Assembly: GCF_052425735.1 (NCBI RefSeq)
Contig: NC_135768.1
Coordinates: forward strand, 6,758,001 to 6,822,000
From: Oculina patagonica
Lineage: Eukaryota
Length of the DNA stretch: 64,000 nt
Direction: 5' to 3'
The position numbers and the translations under genes are program-made. The notes beneath the pieces are model-generated. The model ran no database searches. It worked only from the letters and a program-made list of their open reading frames with translations, and was not told the origin of the DNA. The first letter of the stretch is position 1. The number at the start of each line of letters is the position of its first letter. Below, one piece after another: positions 13,201-25,078 of this stretch.

Positions 13201-16200
13201 TGGCACGGCGCTGTATGTCTCCCCAGAGCTGGGTAACCGAGCCGGCGTGCGAGTGAAGTACAGCCAGAAAGTTGATCTGTACAGCTTGGGAATTATCTTC
13301 TTTGAGATGTGTTACAAGCCTTTGACGACCTCCATGGAGAGAGTTAAAGTTTTAGGAAACCTACGAACGGTATGTTACTTAGACAAGGCTGAGGACATTG
13401 TTTGCATATTGTGCGTTTCTACGGCGGCCATACTGGTGTTCCCATACATCGCGGCTGAAATCTCCACTGATTTTCCTGTTTACCCTTCACTCCCTTAAAG
13501 TCCGGATGAAGCACTAGTACGTGATCTTTAAAATGAAAGCTACTGAGTAGTTCTTTCATGCGGTGCTGTTTTTTTTGTGCTGTACAAGGTGGTTCTAGCG
13601 TTTTAGTTTCTAAACGAAAGCCTAGTGTGTAAACATTTAAATAAAACCTATTGAGCAGTACTTTCATGTGGTGCTGTTTATTATACTGAACAAGGTGGTT
13701 ACAACGTTTAAGTCCATGGTTGAAACCCTAGTGTGTGACATTCAAATGAAAGCTATTGAGCAATACTTTCTTGTTATCCCTTTGTTCCGGACTTTCAAAT
13801 GTGTGAAGTTGCAAATTAAAGCATCGTTTTTTCGAGTATTTTGCTTGTTTACAAGCAAAAGGAAGGAGAATAGCGGTTAAGTTGGGTAATCTCGAACCAC
13901 ATTCTTGTTAACTCTCAAGGGACTGTTTTAATTTCTCAAGGGAATACTTTCCGCTGTGGGTGATCAAAGCGCGTGACTTGTTAAGTGTCACTCTATAGTT
14001 GTGCTTCAGCACTTCCGTTCTTGTAGAAAAAACGTGACTTGTCAAATTTACAAACGTTATATAACAATTAAAAACGTGAGTAGCCCAAATCTCACGTGAC
14101 ATAACCAATTGAGAATGTGAAAGGTTCAGCGCTCGAAGGCAGCGAAGTTTAAAACGATTAAGAACGCAATTTGTACTGGTACAAGTCTTTAGGCGCTAAT
14201 ATTAATTTAACCTAAAACGATTAACAACGCAAATTTGTACTGGTACAAGTCTTTCACACACTAAAACGTTGCTAATAGTTAACCAAAGGGAACTCATTTC
14301 GTGACAATTGATTATTTCTGCTGAGTTGCACAATTTAAAATTGCGACATTCAATGCAGGTGTGAAGTGATATTTACAAGTTTTTTTTGTAGCCTGTTGTG
14401 AAATTACTTCCGGTGGAAGCAGTAAACACTAAAAGTTTTTGCTTCTGTTCAGAAGTTAATGCATCGCCATTAGAAAAAAAACAGCAACTGTTTTACTGGA
14501 AATGAAGTCGTTAGAAATGGCATGTGTAGCCGTAAGGTAAAGAATAACGCGAGGAGAAGCGGCTTTTGGTAATATCCAAACGAAAATTTACTTCTCAATG
14601 TGGGGTTAAGATTGCGTGACGAGACAAAAGGTAACTCTGTCGTGCGTAACCTTTATCGGGAACCCTGCATTAGTCCGAGTAGAAATCTTTCTAACTCGAA
14701 AGGAAACAACTATTTCGATTAAAGGCAATTGTCAAAGTTACCATTTTTAACCAAGCCAAAGTATATGAGTCGCAAAGCGCCCAGCCGTCGCGACTGACAA
14801 ATACAGCATTTCTTCCGCGAAAATAAAAAAAATGCTTGAACTGAAAGACGTTTGAATTCTTCCATGATATGTTCGACCAACAATGCCCAGGATAAACCTT
14901 CAACTCATACTAACTTTATGCAAAAAAGTCGATATCTCGAAGAGATCTTTGATTCTTTCTCGCTTTTTAACTCGGAAAATTCCGAGTTCAGGCGATAAGG
15001 GCCAATTACACTCCTTCACTCCTTCCCTCGACTTTTGTTAAACATTTTATTGAATAATAAATTAATATCAAATTGAATTAATTTATCTTGTTTTCAGGAA
15101 CGAATCATTTTCCCGGAAGAGTTTGACCACAAGACCCTCGCCAAGGAAACTATTGTCCTCAAATGGCTCCTTAAACACAATCCTGAGGAACGCCCTACGT
15201 CACAAGAACTTCTCCAAAGCCAATACATCCCGCCTAAGATCGAAGATGGTCAGTTGGACGAAGTGCTTAAACACACGCTCGCCTCTACAAACTCCACTCG
15301 CTATCAGCGGCTGATGAAAGCCATGTTCTCCCAACATGTGTCTTCGGTCAAGGACGTGACCTACGACATTGACGTCTACGCGGGGCTCTCGCAGGTCACG
15401 CCACGCGCGATCCTCGCGCAGCAAATGGTCCACGAGAACGTGAAATCCGTTTTCTTGCGGCACGGCGCGTTGCGGCTGAGAACGTCGCTACTAGCGCCTC
15501 GCACTAAGTTATTTGAACAGCTAGAGCTCGCGGTTAGCGTTATGGATCACAGCGGCACGCTTGTCACGCTTCCGTTTGATCTACGGATACCGTTCGCGCG
15601 TTATATCGCGCGAAACAGCATCGTTCACATGAAAAGGTTTGACATTGGTTGCGTGTACCGTGATAAGAAGATTCTCGGCTCGCATCCCAAGGAGTTGTAC
15701 GAGTGTGTCTTCGACATTGTGACAAGCACGCCTGAGAATCTTGTCCCCGACGCCGAGGTCCTGCTGTCGGTAGCTGAAATAATTAAGGAGTTTCCTTCGC
15801 TGGCCGCGCGCAGTTACTTCATCAGGATAAATCATGCTGCTCTCATGAAGTGTTATTTGACGTCCGTTGGCATCTCGGACGAGAGACAGTCGGAATTGCT
15901 GGCGATTCTTCAAGAAATTCGCAGCGAAAAGGACCGTAATGTGCAGATTCATGCATTTGTTGAGAGCTTGCAGCTTAGCGACCACACGGCTACTGCTTTG
16001 TGTGAGTTTTTGGAGTTCGAAGGCCCCGTGAACAAACTGCGAGAGCATCTCATCGGCACAATGAAGCGAAAATCTTGGGTCGGGCAAGCTGCACGGCAGT
16101 CATATCACGATCTTGAAGCGATCGCGTCGCATGTGGAAACGTTTGGAATCGGTTTACCCGTGGTTGTCAACACTTCCATGGTTTATAACTTTAATCATTT

Positions 16201-18664
16201 CTCGGGATTGATTTTCCAGTTTGTCGCTGCAAACAAACGAAAGCGGAAACGCGGTGGGGTTGACATTCTTGCTGCCGGGGGACGATACGACAAGCTGATA
16301 AATCACTTCCGGCGTGGAGCAGAAGCTACTCACCCCTCCCCTGGAGCAGTGGGTGTTAGTATCGCCATTGAGAAAATAGTCGCGGCTGTTTTGGAAGAAG
16401 ACGATGATACAATTCCCAGCGCCTTCGATGTCTTCGTGTGTTCAGCGGGACACAACCCAATGTTGGCAGAACGCATGCGCATCGCGCGTGATTTGTGGAA
16501 GGCTGGGATCAAGGCGACCATTTCTTATGATTCAAAGGACTTGACTCCTCTGGAAGAACTGCAAGAGTTTTGTAAACAAGGAGGAATTCAGCATATGGTG
16601 GTTTTGAAGGAGCAGGAAACTGGCAGTGTCAGGGTGAGCAAAATTGCTGTTGTTATTTACTTTCGCCTGTTTCTTTTTTGGTAGACTACTACAACTGACA
16701 TCGAACAGAATAGAAGCACTTTGAACTTTTTAAACTTTTTTATTTGTTTAAAATAGAACTTACAAAATTGCTTGCCTCCGCTACTACCACTCTGTAATAA
16801 CACTCAAAACCATAAGAACAAGTAATCGGAAAGTGTAGTGCTTTCTCGCCCTAGACCACGCTCGGCTTGCTGTTTTTTTTATACACTTTATACCCCCACT
16901 TGGGAGCCTATTTGCAGGCTAGAGGAAAAACAACACCTGTCGCTAGCGCGAGAAATCACACAACTAAGAGCAGCGGGAAAACATGTAAAAAGTGACAAGC
17001 GCAGTATGCCAAACTTGGCCCTTTCTTCACAGCAGTCAAACGCAAAAATCTAACGCCACTTCCAGTTTTCGTTGACTCGAAGTTTGTCTGAGTGTGAAGC
17101 GAAAGTGTGCGACGTTTGTACGAAAACGTTATGAAAATACAGTGTTAAACCAAATTACAAGCTGATAGATTAGTTGAATAACAATGATTGCGGCATACAA
17201 AACCTTTTTGTACGTACTAAAAATTACTTTAATTTCTTCTCAAGATCTGTTGTTGTTTCTTGGTGTTCGGGTGGTTTAGATTCGTCACAGTCAACTGCAA
17301 GCAATCTTTTTTCTTTTTACAGGTCCGTTCTTTGGACAAAGAAAAGATCTCTGAGTCTCGAGTCCAAATAAAGGACCTTGTAGACCATCTTCAAGGAAAG
17401 CTCTCTACGAAGCCTGAACCCACCGAGTCCTCTGCGCCCCTTGGTAACAAAGGCGCAGGGACACAGAGCGGTAATGAGCCAACTTCCACATTTGTCCCAG
17501 AAATGAAAGTCTCGTTCAACACACAAGAAAAGATGGCCTGGAACACAAAAAGGAGATACGAGAGCTTAATGATTTCAAAGATTAAACCTCTGTTGACTGA
17601 TATTAGTTCCAAGAACGCTGTGGAAGTGATCGGGGTTAGTTTGAAACACGTGTTGTTGTGCTGTTTATTTGTTGCACTACTTTAGTGTACCAGCAAATTG
17701 TCTTTACTGCGCTTTTATAGGGAGCTTGGTGGACCAATGGTTAGCCGACGCGCTGGACTCCGGATCGAGCGGTCCGGGTTCGAGCCTGGCCGGGGTCATT
17801 GTGTTGGGCAAGACACTTTACTCTCATAGTGCCTGTCTCCACCCAGGTGCATAAATGGGTACCGGCGAACTTATGCTGGGGTGGGGGGGGGGTAGCAAAA
17901 TAGCAAAATATGAAAATAACCACTTAAAACAGTGGAAGGACATTTCAATAACACAGCAATTACAAAAGAAGGTATGGATACCGTGACTAGACAGTAATTG
18001 AAGAAGACTACAACAAATAGCGATATGGGTTTTAAACTGAAATTGTTAGGCTAAACAATCCATTTCCTTCTTTGCCATCCTTAGTGTTATTTGTCTCGTA
18101 GTCAGTGCTCCACAAAACTTAGTGAGCTAACAAGCCAACTGAGAGCTGGTCATTAAATTGGTTGGTAATATACCCGGGAAAGATGAAGATGAAATAATGA
18201 ATATATATATGAAATCATATATTTGAACTGCGGATGAAGAATAAATGAAGTTGGCTTGTTAGCTCAATTAGTTAGAGCGCTGCACTGGTGTCGCAGAGGT
18301 CAGGGTTCGAGTCCCGGCAAGCCTGATTTTATCAGGTTTATTTTCACAACTGCTTAAGTTGTGTTCATAACTGCGAGGATCTTCTCTTCATTTAACATAC
18401 GATTGTTTCTCTTAACCGTTTTCTTGTGTTTCCTAGGTTGACTTGCCAGGTTCTGTCATACGCAACATGGCAGCGATCCTTGATCTGAATTCTAATGAAG
18501 ATGCCTTTGATGCGAGTGTAGCAACAATTGCTGACAAAAACCCTCGCTACAAGAAATACCTTGGACGTGTTTGCGACGACATTAGGGAGTTGAAAATCTC
18601 CGGGAAAGTACAAGTCGTTTTTGTGTACAGCGTGAAAGACGAAATGTTTAAAATATTTTTCTAA
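574..18664 (+). CDS. EIF2AK4: eIF2-alpha kinase GCN2, 5'-partial. Exons: 574-654, 1275-1557, 1981-2147, 2670-2783, 3725-3874, 4345-4409, 7041-7158, 7835-7935, 8628-8916, 9427-9560, 10242-10629, 11494-11706, 13004-13369, 15098-16633, 17323-17634, 18437-18664
   Basis: GT-AG exons join in phase. Pseudokinase domain (EYVGGG, VVHKDLR, LRLADYSV). Kinase domain (LGKGGFGNV, YAVKRI, RLNHENVVRYYNSW, Ser-rich insert, LYIQMEYCEKSTL, HRDLKPVN, IGDFGLA, GTALYVSPE). HisRS-like domain (LPFDLRIPFARY, AAGGRYDKL, GVSIAIEK). C-terminal domain with stop TAA at 18662-18664. The RWD exons lie upstream of the window. Confidence 0.96.
849..1090. mobile_element. Inverted pair of Penelope-like 3' ends with hammerhead-like cores
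   Basis: Arms are reverse complements around ctataa-attag-ttatag. Each carries ttgagaa-tggtgtca-cga-tgacgcc-gaaac(g/t)tc, resembling minimal Penelope hammerhead motifs. Confidence 0.55.
1131..1202. repeat. (TCAA)n microsatellite
   Basis: Read directly from the sequence. Confidence 0.95.
5105..6814. mobile_element. Non-autonomous Kolobok-type DNA transposon with very long TIRs (about 0.7 kb per arm), in a GCN2 intron
   Basis: TTAA at 5101-5104 and 6815-6818; termini ggtggctcc...ggagccacc. The mirrored ORFs 5296+ and 6623- reflect the inverted arms. A TTAA TSD with purine-purine termini fits Kolobok. Confidence 0.8.
10790..11260 (-). mobile_element. Penelope-like retroelement 3' fragment (degenerate GIY-YIG endonuclease)
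   Basis: Minus strand reads NQQCVI*..SCDLCDANYVGYTARHLHQHVMEHK...KFDCLIYEMLYIKERNPSFN, followed by a degenerate cttgac...gaaacgt hammerhead-like motif. Confidence 0.8.
11724..12287. mobile_element. MITE with long inverted arms
   Basis: ccgaggttgcgcagggaactgg...ccagttccctgcgcaacctcgg, with arms of about 0.2 kb. The right end abuts the next MITE. Confidence 0.75.
12290..12450. mobile_element. Tc1/mariner(pogo)-type MITE
   Basis: TA|cagtcgaacctc...gaggttccactg|TA. Confidence 0.8.
12673..12768 (-). mobile_element. tRNA-derived SINE head
   Basis: Minus strand has an A box (tggcgcagtg) and a B box (gggttcgaatccc), with no full cloverleaf. Confidence 0.65.
12769..12870 (+). mobile_element. Penelope-like terminal repeat with a decayed minimal hammerhead
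   Basis: ctcgaagatgac...gtcgaaacgtcag matches the CUGANGA-stemII-GAAACGUC layout but has a damaged core. Confidence 0.55.
13528..13785. repeat. About 105-bp tandem repeat (aaatgaaagctactgagcagtacttt... family), about 2.5 units
   Basis: aaatgaaagcta/gagcagtactttc/acaaggtggtt recur at roughly 105-110 bp spacing. Confidence 0.7.
17718..17885 (+). mobile_element. tRNA-derived SINE with a CORE-like body
   Basis: A/B boxes (tggttag...gggttcgagcc) followed by ttgggcaagacactttactctc...taaatgggtacc. Confidence 0.7.
18120..18392 (+). mobile_element. tRNA-related SINE-like repeat (same family as 45664-48060)
   Basis: tggcttgttagctcaattagttagagc...gggttcgagtccc...actgcgaggat, preceded by a partial inverted copy. 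Confidence 0.6.
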
Positions 18665-18970
18665 AGGAAGGAACATTTTTCACTCTTTCTCATGTAAGAT
18701 AGTCTTCTAAAAACGTTACCTGCGTCACACAACACAAATTTGGTCACGCAATTTTTGTAGTTGTTGGTAAGTAAAGGCAAGTATTGTCACAGTTTTACAT
18801 GCTGTATCTTTGCATAGCAAAAAAAAAAAACAACCAGAACTTTCAAATGCGTAAAACAGTTTCCTTCATGCGTCATAATGTCCGAAGCATTAGAAGTTTC
18901 GTTTGTTACATGGGACTTTCGTGATTTTTAGTGCAGAATACACTGTTGTGGTTGTTTATGGGCTCTCCTG

Positions 18971-19680
18971 GGCCCGGTTGCATAAAACGTCCACTTAAGT
19001 GCTCACGTAAGTAGGACACTTACGAATCTGCTATGGGTACACTTAAGGGTGTTGCATGGAACATACTTAGCGCACTCGTAAGTGTCTGCCTTACGGGGTA
19101 ACTTACGGGATCACTTACGGGCACACTTAACATTGTGTTGACTTTCTCAAAGTCATTTTATATTTTTTTTTCTGATTGATTTTTTTATTTATTTAAGATA
19201 TGTATAAAGGCTTGACTTTCTACATTAGACATTAAATGAGACAACAAATGAGTGGAAATGATACTCAAACGTGATTTTACTTCGACATCTGTCGGAAATC
19301 TATGTTGTTTTTTTATTTTGTCGATGAGGTGTTTAAAACGTAAGCAGTGGATAACAAAGCGCATTTTTAGTATTAAATAAAGACAAAGACCTTCCCTTTC
19401 ACCTCTCAGAAAAAGTTCTCTTCGACTTCATTGAAGATACGGGACCTATATAGTAAACGTAAACTTACGTGTTATTTTTCACGTAAAAAAAGTTTTATGC
19501 AACACCCGGAATTTCTGTTGCATAAACGACACTTAAGTGCACACTTACGAAAATCGTAAGTGCAGTCACTTACGTGTACCTCGTAAGTGGACCACTAAAG
19601 TGATTTAATGCAACTTACTTAAGTTACGAGTACACCTACGTATACCCGTAAGTGTTACGGGCGTTTTATGCAACCGGGCC
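18971..19680. mobile_element. PIF/Harbinger-type MITE
   Basis: CTG|ggcccggttgcataaaacg...cgttttatgcaaccgggcc|CTG (3-bp CWG TSD), with internal cacttacg subterminal repeats. Confidence 0.85.
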
Positions 19681-20171
19681 CTGAGCGTTAGCCTCCAAGT
19701 AAAAACCGCATCAGCGTTCATTCTCTGAGCCGAATAAAAGTGACTAGTTGGCGAGGCCATATTCCGTGCGATTTCGCCGGATTTACAGGCCAGGGTTTTT
19801 AAAATCGCGTTTTACGTCAAACGTTCAGTTTTAGTTCTAAACAAATTGATTGTTAAATTGAATGGGAGCTGATGGTTTTCAACCGACTATTCAACTATAT
19901 TGCTTAAGTGTTATATTTCCAAAACCGCCTTAATTGGCTTTGTGAAAATTACTCTTAGCGAACGCTTCAGCGATTTTTGTTTGTTAAGTGACATGTCACG
20001 GATTTTACCAGATTTTTGAATAGCCAAAATTTATATTTCTGTCGCAGGAAACTCATTTCTATTAAAAATTGCTATATTAGAGCACTGAAACTGTTAACGA
20101 GCATCTTTGGCTGCACATGGCTCGGATGGAAACGGATTGCAACTTGAAAAGGTTAGGCAAACCTTTTTTTA

Positions 20172-21711
20172 CCTTATTCTTACTAATTTTCGCGAGTACT
20201 AATTTTCGCGATTTTAAAATAATCGCGAAATTTAGCACGCGCGAAAAATACATTGCGCGAACTTTAAACACGCGAAAATTAATACCATATTATGTATCAA
20301 AACAATAAAAATTTTAAGTATTTGGAACTGTGTAACGGTTGATTTTGCTTGTCTGTGCGATGGGGAAACGGGCGAACTTGAACTTGAGATAATGAGGCAA
20401 CTGTGACGATAATTGCGGGGAAGATTAGACTCAAATGGGGCACTCGCTTTGCAAGGAAGAGCCGTTACACTCTTGGGTACCGGAATCTAACCACGAACTG
20501 AACGGACAGCAACAGCAACAACTCAGCTTGGTTCCAACAGCGGTTTATTCTTCTAACTTCGTAATCGACGATGTAATCAAAAAAGCATAACAAGTGCGGT
20601 TGCTTATATACGATTTGTACAAGCGTCTATTGTTAACAGAGTATAATAAGTGCGCTAACACCAAGATGTGAAAAGTAATATAAAGTCCTTTGAGAATAGC
20701 GCAACCTAATAAAAATTCTAACTAAACTTTCCGAGTTTATTGTTAGAAGTGTTTGTTGCTTGGCGGAGAAAGTTACAACTAAAATTACACTAAATTAAAA
20801 CTACCGAACGAAATTAAAACTTGTGAATAGCTAGGAAGTGTTAACTAGCGGTTTCTTGCCGACCGATAGCACCTCTAGTAAATTAAGTAAACCAAACATT
20901 AATTAAAGAAACTAGATGTGTCAGCAAATGTATTCACAGTTAAAACACGATGAGTCAGCGACCAACAGGTTGTTAATTAATCCTATTGAAGTGAACAGCA
21001 GAGGCGAGATCGGCACGAGACTCATTTAGCAAAGTAATCAGAAAACTAAATTAAATACTGAGAAAATGTAACACTTTTTAGAAATGCGACAAGCGCGGAA
21101 CTCTTAAGTAATTAGCTACGGTAATAACCAAAACAACCGCTATTACTAAAATTAAATAACACAAAACTTCGGAACTAAAAAAGGAACAATCAATTATTTT
21201 AACTCACGCCTTTTTGTAATTTCGGATATTACATGAATAATAGTAGAGTCAACAGATTGTGTTTTTGACTAATTAGGTGCTGTTGGCTCTTTAAGTGTTT
21301 TTTAAATGATTAACATGCTAAAATACGGTTTAACACATAAATGACTTAAATACGGGAAATTATCCGTAACAACTGCAACTCACTACCTTTAAAAATATCT
21401 TTCTGTCTTGTTTTTGACTGGCACCCTTCCTCTGATTACCGTTTCGAGCTTGTTTATTGGTTCAAAACCTCTTTAGTACAGTCACTAAAGTTTTCGTTTG
21501 CAGGCTTCTGAAGTTACATTGAGCAAGACCTTTGAGTATTTCAAGTGGTTCCTTAGTCTTTGACGACTGATCCATAAAACACTGACAAAATCGCGAAATT
21601 TAATACACTTTTTCTCTAATTTTTTTTGCAATCGCGAAAAGTAATACTCGCGAAATTCGTCTCTCGAATTTTCGCGAAATTAAGTACGCGCGAAAATTAG
21701 TAAGAATAAAG
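20172..21711. mobile_element. TA-flanked MITE (Tc1/mariner type) carrying a nested solo LTR
   Basis: TA|ccttattcttactaattttcgcg...cgcgaaaattagtaagaataaag|TA, with ttcgcgaa subterminal repeats. Confidence 0.85.
20331..21371. mobile_element. Solo LTR (Gypsy-type), 1041 bp
   Basis: ACTG|tgtaacgg...ccgtaaca|ACTG: TG..CA ends, short terminal inverted repeat, 4-bp TSD. Confidence 0.85.
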
Positions 21712-21749
21712 TAAGTTGTTTCTGCACGTCATCACAAAATCGATTATTT

Positions 21750-21982
21750 AAAGGCCCGGTAATACGAGCAACATTTTTGTTCAATTTGTCTTGCAACATT
21801 GTTGCATTGCAAGTTGAACGAGTTGTTGCCCGTATTACTATCGCGCGCTCAACTTGTCTTGCAACAAATTTCGATGTTGCAAGTTGCAGCAAAGTGTTGC
21901 ACAAAGTAGAACCGAGTTCTACTTTTTGCAACAATTTTTTTCAACTTGCAACACCGATATTTGTTGCGAGACAAGTTGAAGC
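21750..21982. mobile_element. Partial MITE rich in ttgcaac repeats
   Basis: Starts aaggcccggtaatacg, with repeated gttgca/tgcaac motifs. No second terminus seen. Confidence 0.5.
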
Positions 21983-22954
21983 AGTCAACTCATCCTCAAC
22001 TGACACCTCTCTATCGACTCTATAAAACGGACACCTGGTGTTGATCCCGTTTTTGTTATTTTTTCAGTCAGTTTACTGTAACCATAGAACTCCCTACTGA
22101 AGACGAAGATCGCGCTCAGGCGACAGTTGGAGTCGATCCCTACGGTGTCTGTTTTAGAAAGAGTTTATTAATTCATTATTTGCTATGCGCGATATCTGAG
22201 CGAGAGGTTTCCGCGCGTAAGAATCACATGGCCACTTTTTTCTGAAAGTGGCCGGATAAATGCCTGCTTTCGTATGCAAATATTTATTTCGTTCCGAATG
22301 TTCAATAAAATAAACCCAAACCAGTTCGTGAATGGCATTATGGCAATACGATGGATATAATATCTAAGTGTCCTTAATGAGATGCATTACTCCACTCGAC
22401 TGATGACAATTTTACGACTCGTATCAGGTCGTGTATATTGGACATGGATGATTCGGGGAAAGAACGAACAAACCAAACAATTATTCGCTTTTTAATTGAT
22501 CGACAAGGTTTGCTCTGTGCATTTTAATTGGAGATATTGGGTTAAGATTGAGAATATACACCTTATACAGGTTTGACATTAGACATCTAATAGACGTCTA
22601 AAGTGTATAATTATACACTTTATACAGAATAGACATGGAGATATTGGGTTAAGATTGAGAATATACACTTTATATAGGTTTGACATTAGACGTCTAATCA
22701 GACGTCTAAAGTGTAAAAAAAACTTGTACTGAATATATAGAATTGATAGCACGTGCCAGTCAAGAGTGTATAAATATACAGCAATAGACATATATTAAAT
22801 AATAAAGATGGAAAAATTTAAGTTCGGTAATAAATATTGAGGATGAATTATTAAAAATGAACGGATGGGAAAAAAAACGGGGAGGGGGGGGAGTTGTATA
22901 AGTATACACTTTATACCTCAGGGATATAAACTGTCTATTCTGCAATAACGGGCC

Positions 22955-24660
22955 TCACTCGAAATCGAAAATAGTTAGAGAAGATGCTTTGAAAGTAAAA
23001 GAGTGATATATTAATCCCTGGTGGAGAGGGGTAACGGTCTTCTCATTCCACTCATCCTTCTCGTAGTCGTAGCATTCAACAATGGTATTGCAATAACATT
23101 CCCGATAGCCACCCAGAATGTACAGTGTTTTGTTGACTAATACCATGTTGCCATGGATACGAGAAACCGTTAAACTTGCTATAAACTGCCATTCATCTGT
23201 CATAATGTTATACATCTCACAGGTTTTCAATTCTTTTCTGTCTTTACCAACTCCAGCAGCAATGAAAATTTTTTCGTTTGCGGCTACACCACACGCGCCA
23301 GATCTCGCTTCTTGAATGTCTGCAATCTTCTCCCATTTGTTTTTTACCGTGTCGAGTCTTGCAGCTTCTGAAAGGACTGCGGAAAACGTAAGGCCTTCCA
23401 ACGTACATCCTCCAATAGCATATATGTACGTATCAAAGGCAATAACACACGAACGATGTCTGTTCACCCAATCCAAGGACGAAGAGACTGAATTTGAAAC
23501 AAGGTTGTATCTAGAAACCTTGCCGGCCGGGGTTTCATACCCTCGAGTAATAAAATCGGAAATAACTTGAAACACATTTCGCCGTTGACAGGCACGACCG
23601 CCTCAAAACCCTGTCCATTTCCAACTAAGACCTGGTTTGGATCTCTTTTTGCCCACGGAACTGGACACCATTGATTCATGTCTGGGTCATAACATTGCGA
23701 TTCATAAATGTCGTGGAGAATGGCAAATAGCTGACCTCGATATGTAACTGCGTGTCTTATACGTCTAATCGGTTCTCCATGACACTCGATCGCAGGCAAG
23801 CAGCACCAATCATCTCTGTCAGGAAAATAACAAAAACAGTTGAAAGGTTCGTGCACTGGACAAGCCACAACAACACATGACTCATGAACCTTCCTTGGCC
23901 GATGTGGCCGCGGCACATGACAATCGCTCGCCCGATCAACCCACTTCAATGCAGCAGCCACACTGTCACGGCAGTTTTCATTCTCATTGACAAGATCGTT
24001 GGTCACGACATCACTTACTAAAAAGTCACGCGACATACAAGTCAGTCGAAGGTGACGAAAAAGTTCGGCGAATTTGACGCCTCGCTGGCTCTTTTCTCGA
24101 TTAATCCATTTCAGTAGAATTTTAAAAACATCTTCCTCTTCGTCTATGACTATGTCGTCGCTAGATATCCATTTTGCAACTTCATGGCTCGACAAACTTA
24201 AAAAGTCCTCTGATTCCGCGAATGCTATAAAGTTTAAACTGATGAATTTCCGGCAACTGGCGATAAGCTCTTCGCACATGTATTTTTCCGCCATGTTATA
24301 ATATGAAATACAGTTAGAAATGGACAACTTTTGCTCAAGAAATTTCTGGGCGACAGACTTCAAGCTTTCAAGGCACAAATAATCTGCCACAGCGATTAAG
24401 TCTTCAGCTTTCTCTTAAGTTAAAGCCTTTATGCTACCAGTGTAAATGAACTCCAAAATGTCTGCCATTTGAGACTTGGTTAACATCTCCAGTCGAACAA
24501 CTCCTTCTATACTCTCCTTCATGTTGCTGTTAAAAAGATTCTCAAAGAAAGGACTTGCTTCTGAAAGAACATGCATGTGGGCCTTGAACTCTTTGCCATT
24601 TTCCGCCACCAAAGTTACGTCTCGATCTTCGTTCTTCGTATCAAGTCGATGCATGCTGAT
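22955..24660 (-). pseudogene. Intronless kelch-like (BTB-BACK-Kelch) pseudogene
   Basis: BTB (DVTLVAENGKEFKAH..VLSEASPFF..F...MKES, ILEFIYTG). In-frame TAA at 24415-24417 (ALT*EKAEDLIAVADYL). BACK (WISSDDIVIDEEEDVF..LLKW). Frameshift near 23570, then Kelch repeats (IYAIGG, LYILGG, VECYD). Confidence 0.88.
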
Positions 24661-25078
24661 GAAGTTGTATCAGAACGCTAGTGCAGCCTCTCTCTGCTCA
24701 ATTATTTCAATCGACTTACTCCCCCAAATTGTGGCCTTGTAGAAAATGATGTTACCAAGGACTGTAAATTAATATCAGTTATTTGTACAGTATCTTATCG
24801 AATAACTCCAGTTTCTGTAGTTGCGTGCCTTATTCCACAAGAAAACTGAATAATTTTCCGCAACTCATGTTTATTCTAGTTGAAATTGTATTAAAACAGC
24901 CGGAAGCATAAAACAATGACCAATAATTATGGATCATATTATTGGCCAAGCATGTCCGGTCAAGATGATATTGGTTAAGTTCTTTTTTCGCGTGTTTATG
25001 GCCGAAAACGAAGTCGAGGTCCATTAACACGCAAACAAAGTACGAGGCCAATATTCCGCCATCTCGACCGAACAAGAT

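Noticed and set aside
22529-22715. Two-copy direct repeat of about 107 bp
   Set aside because: Simple local tandem duplication with no further structure.
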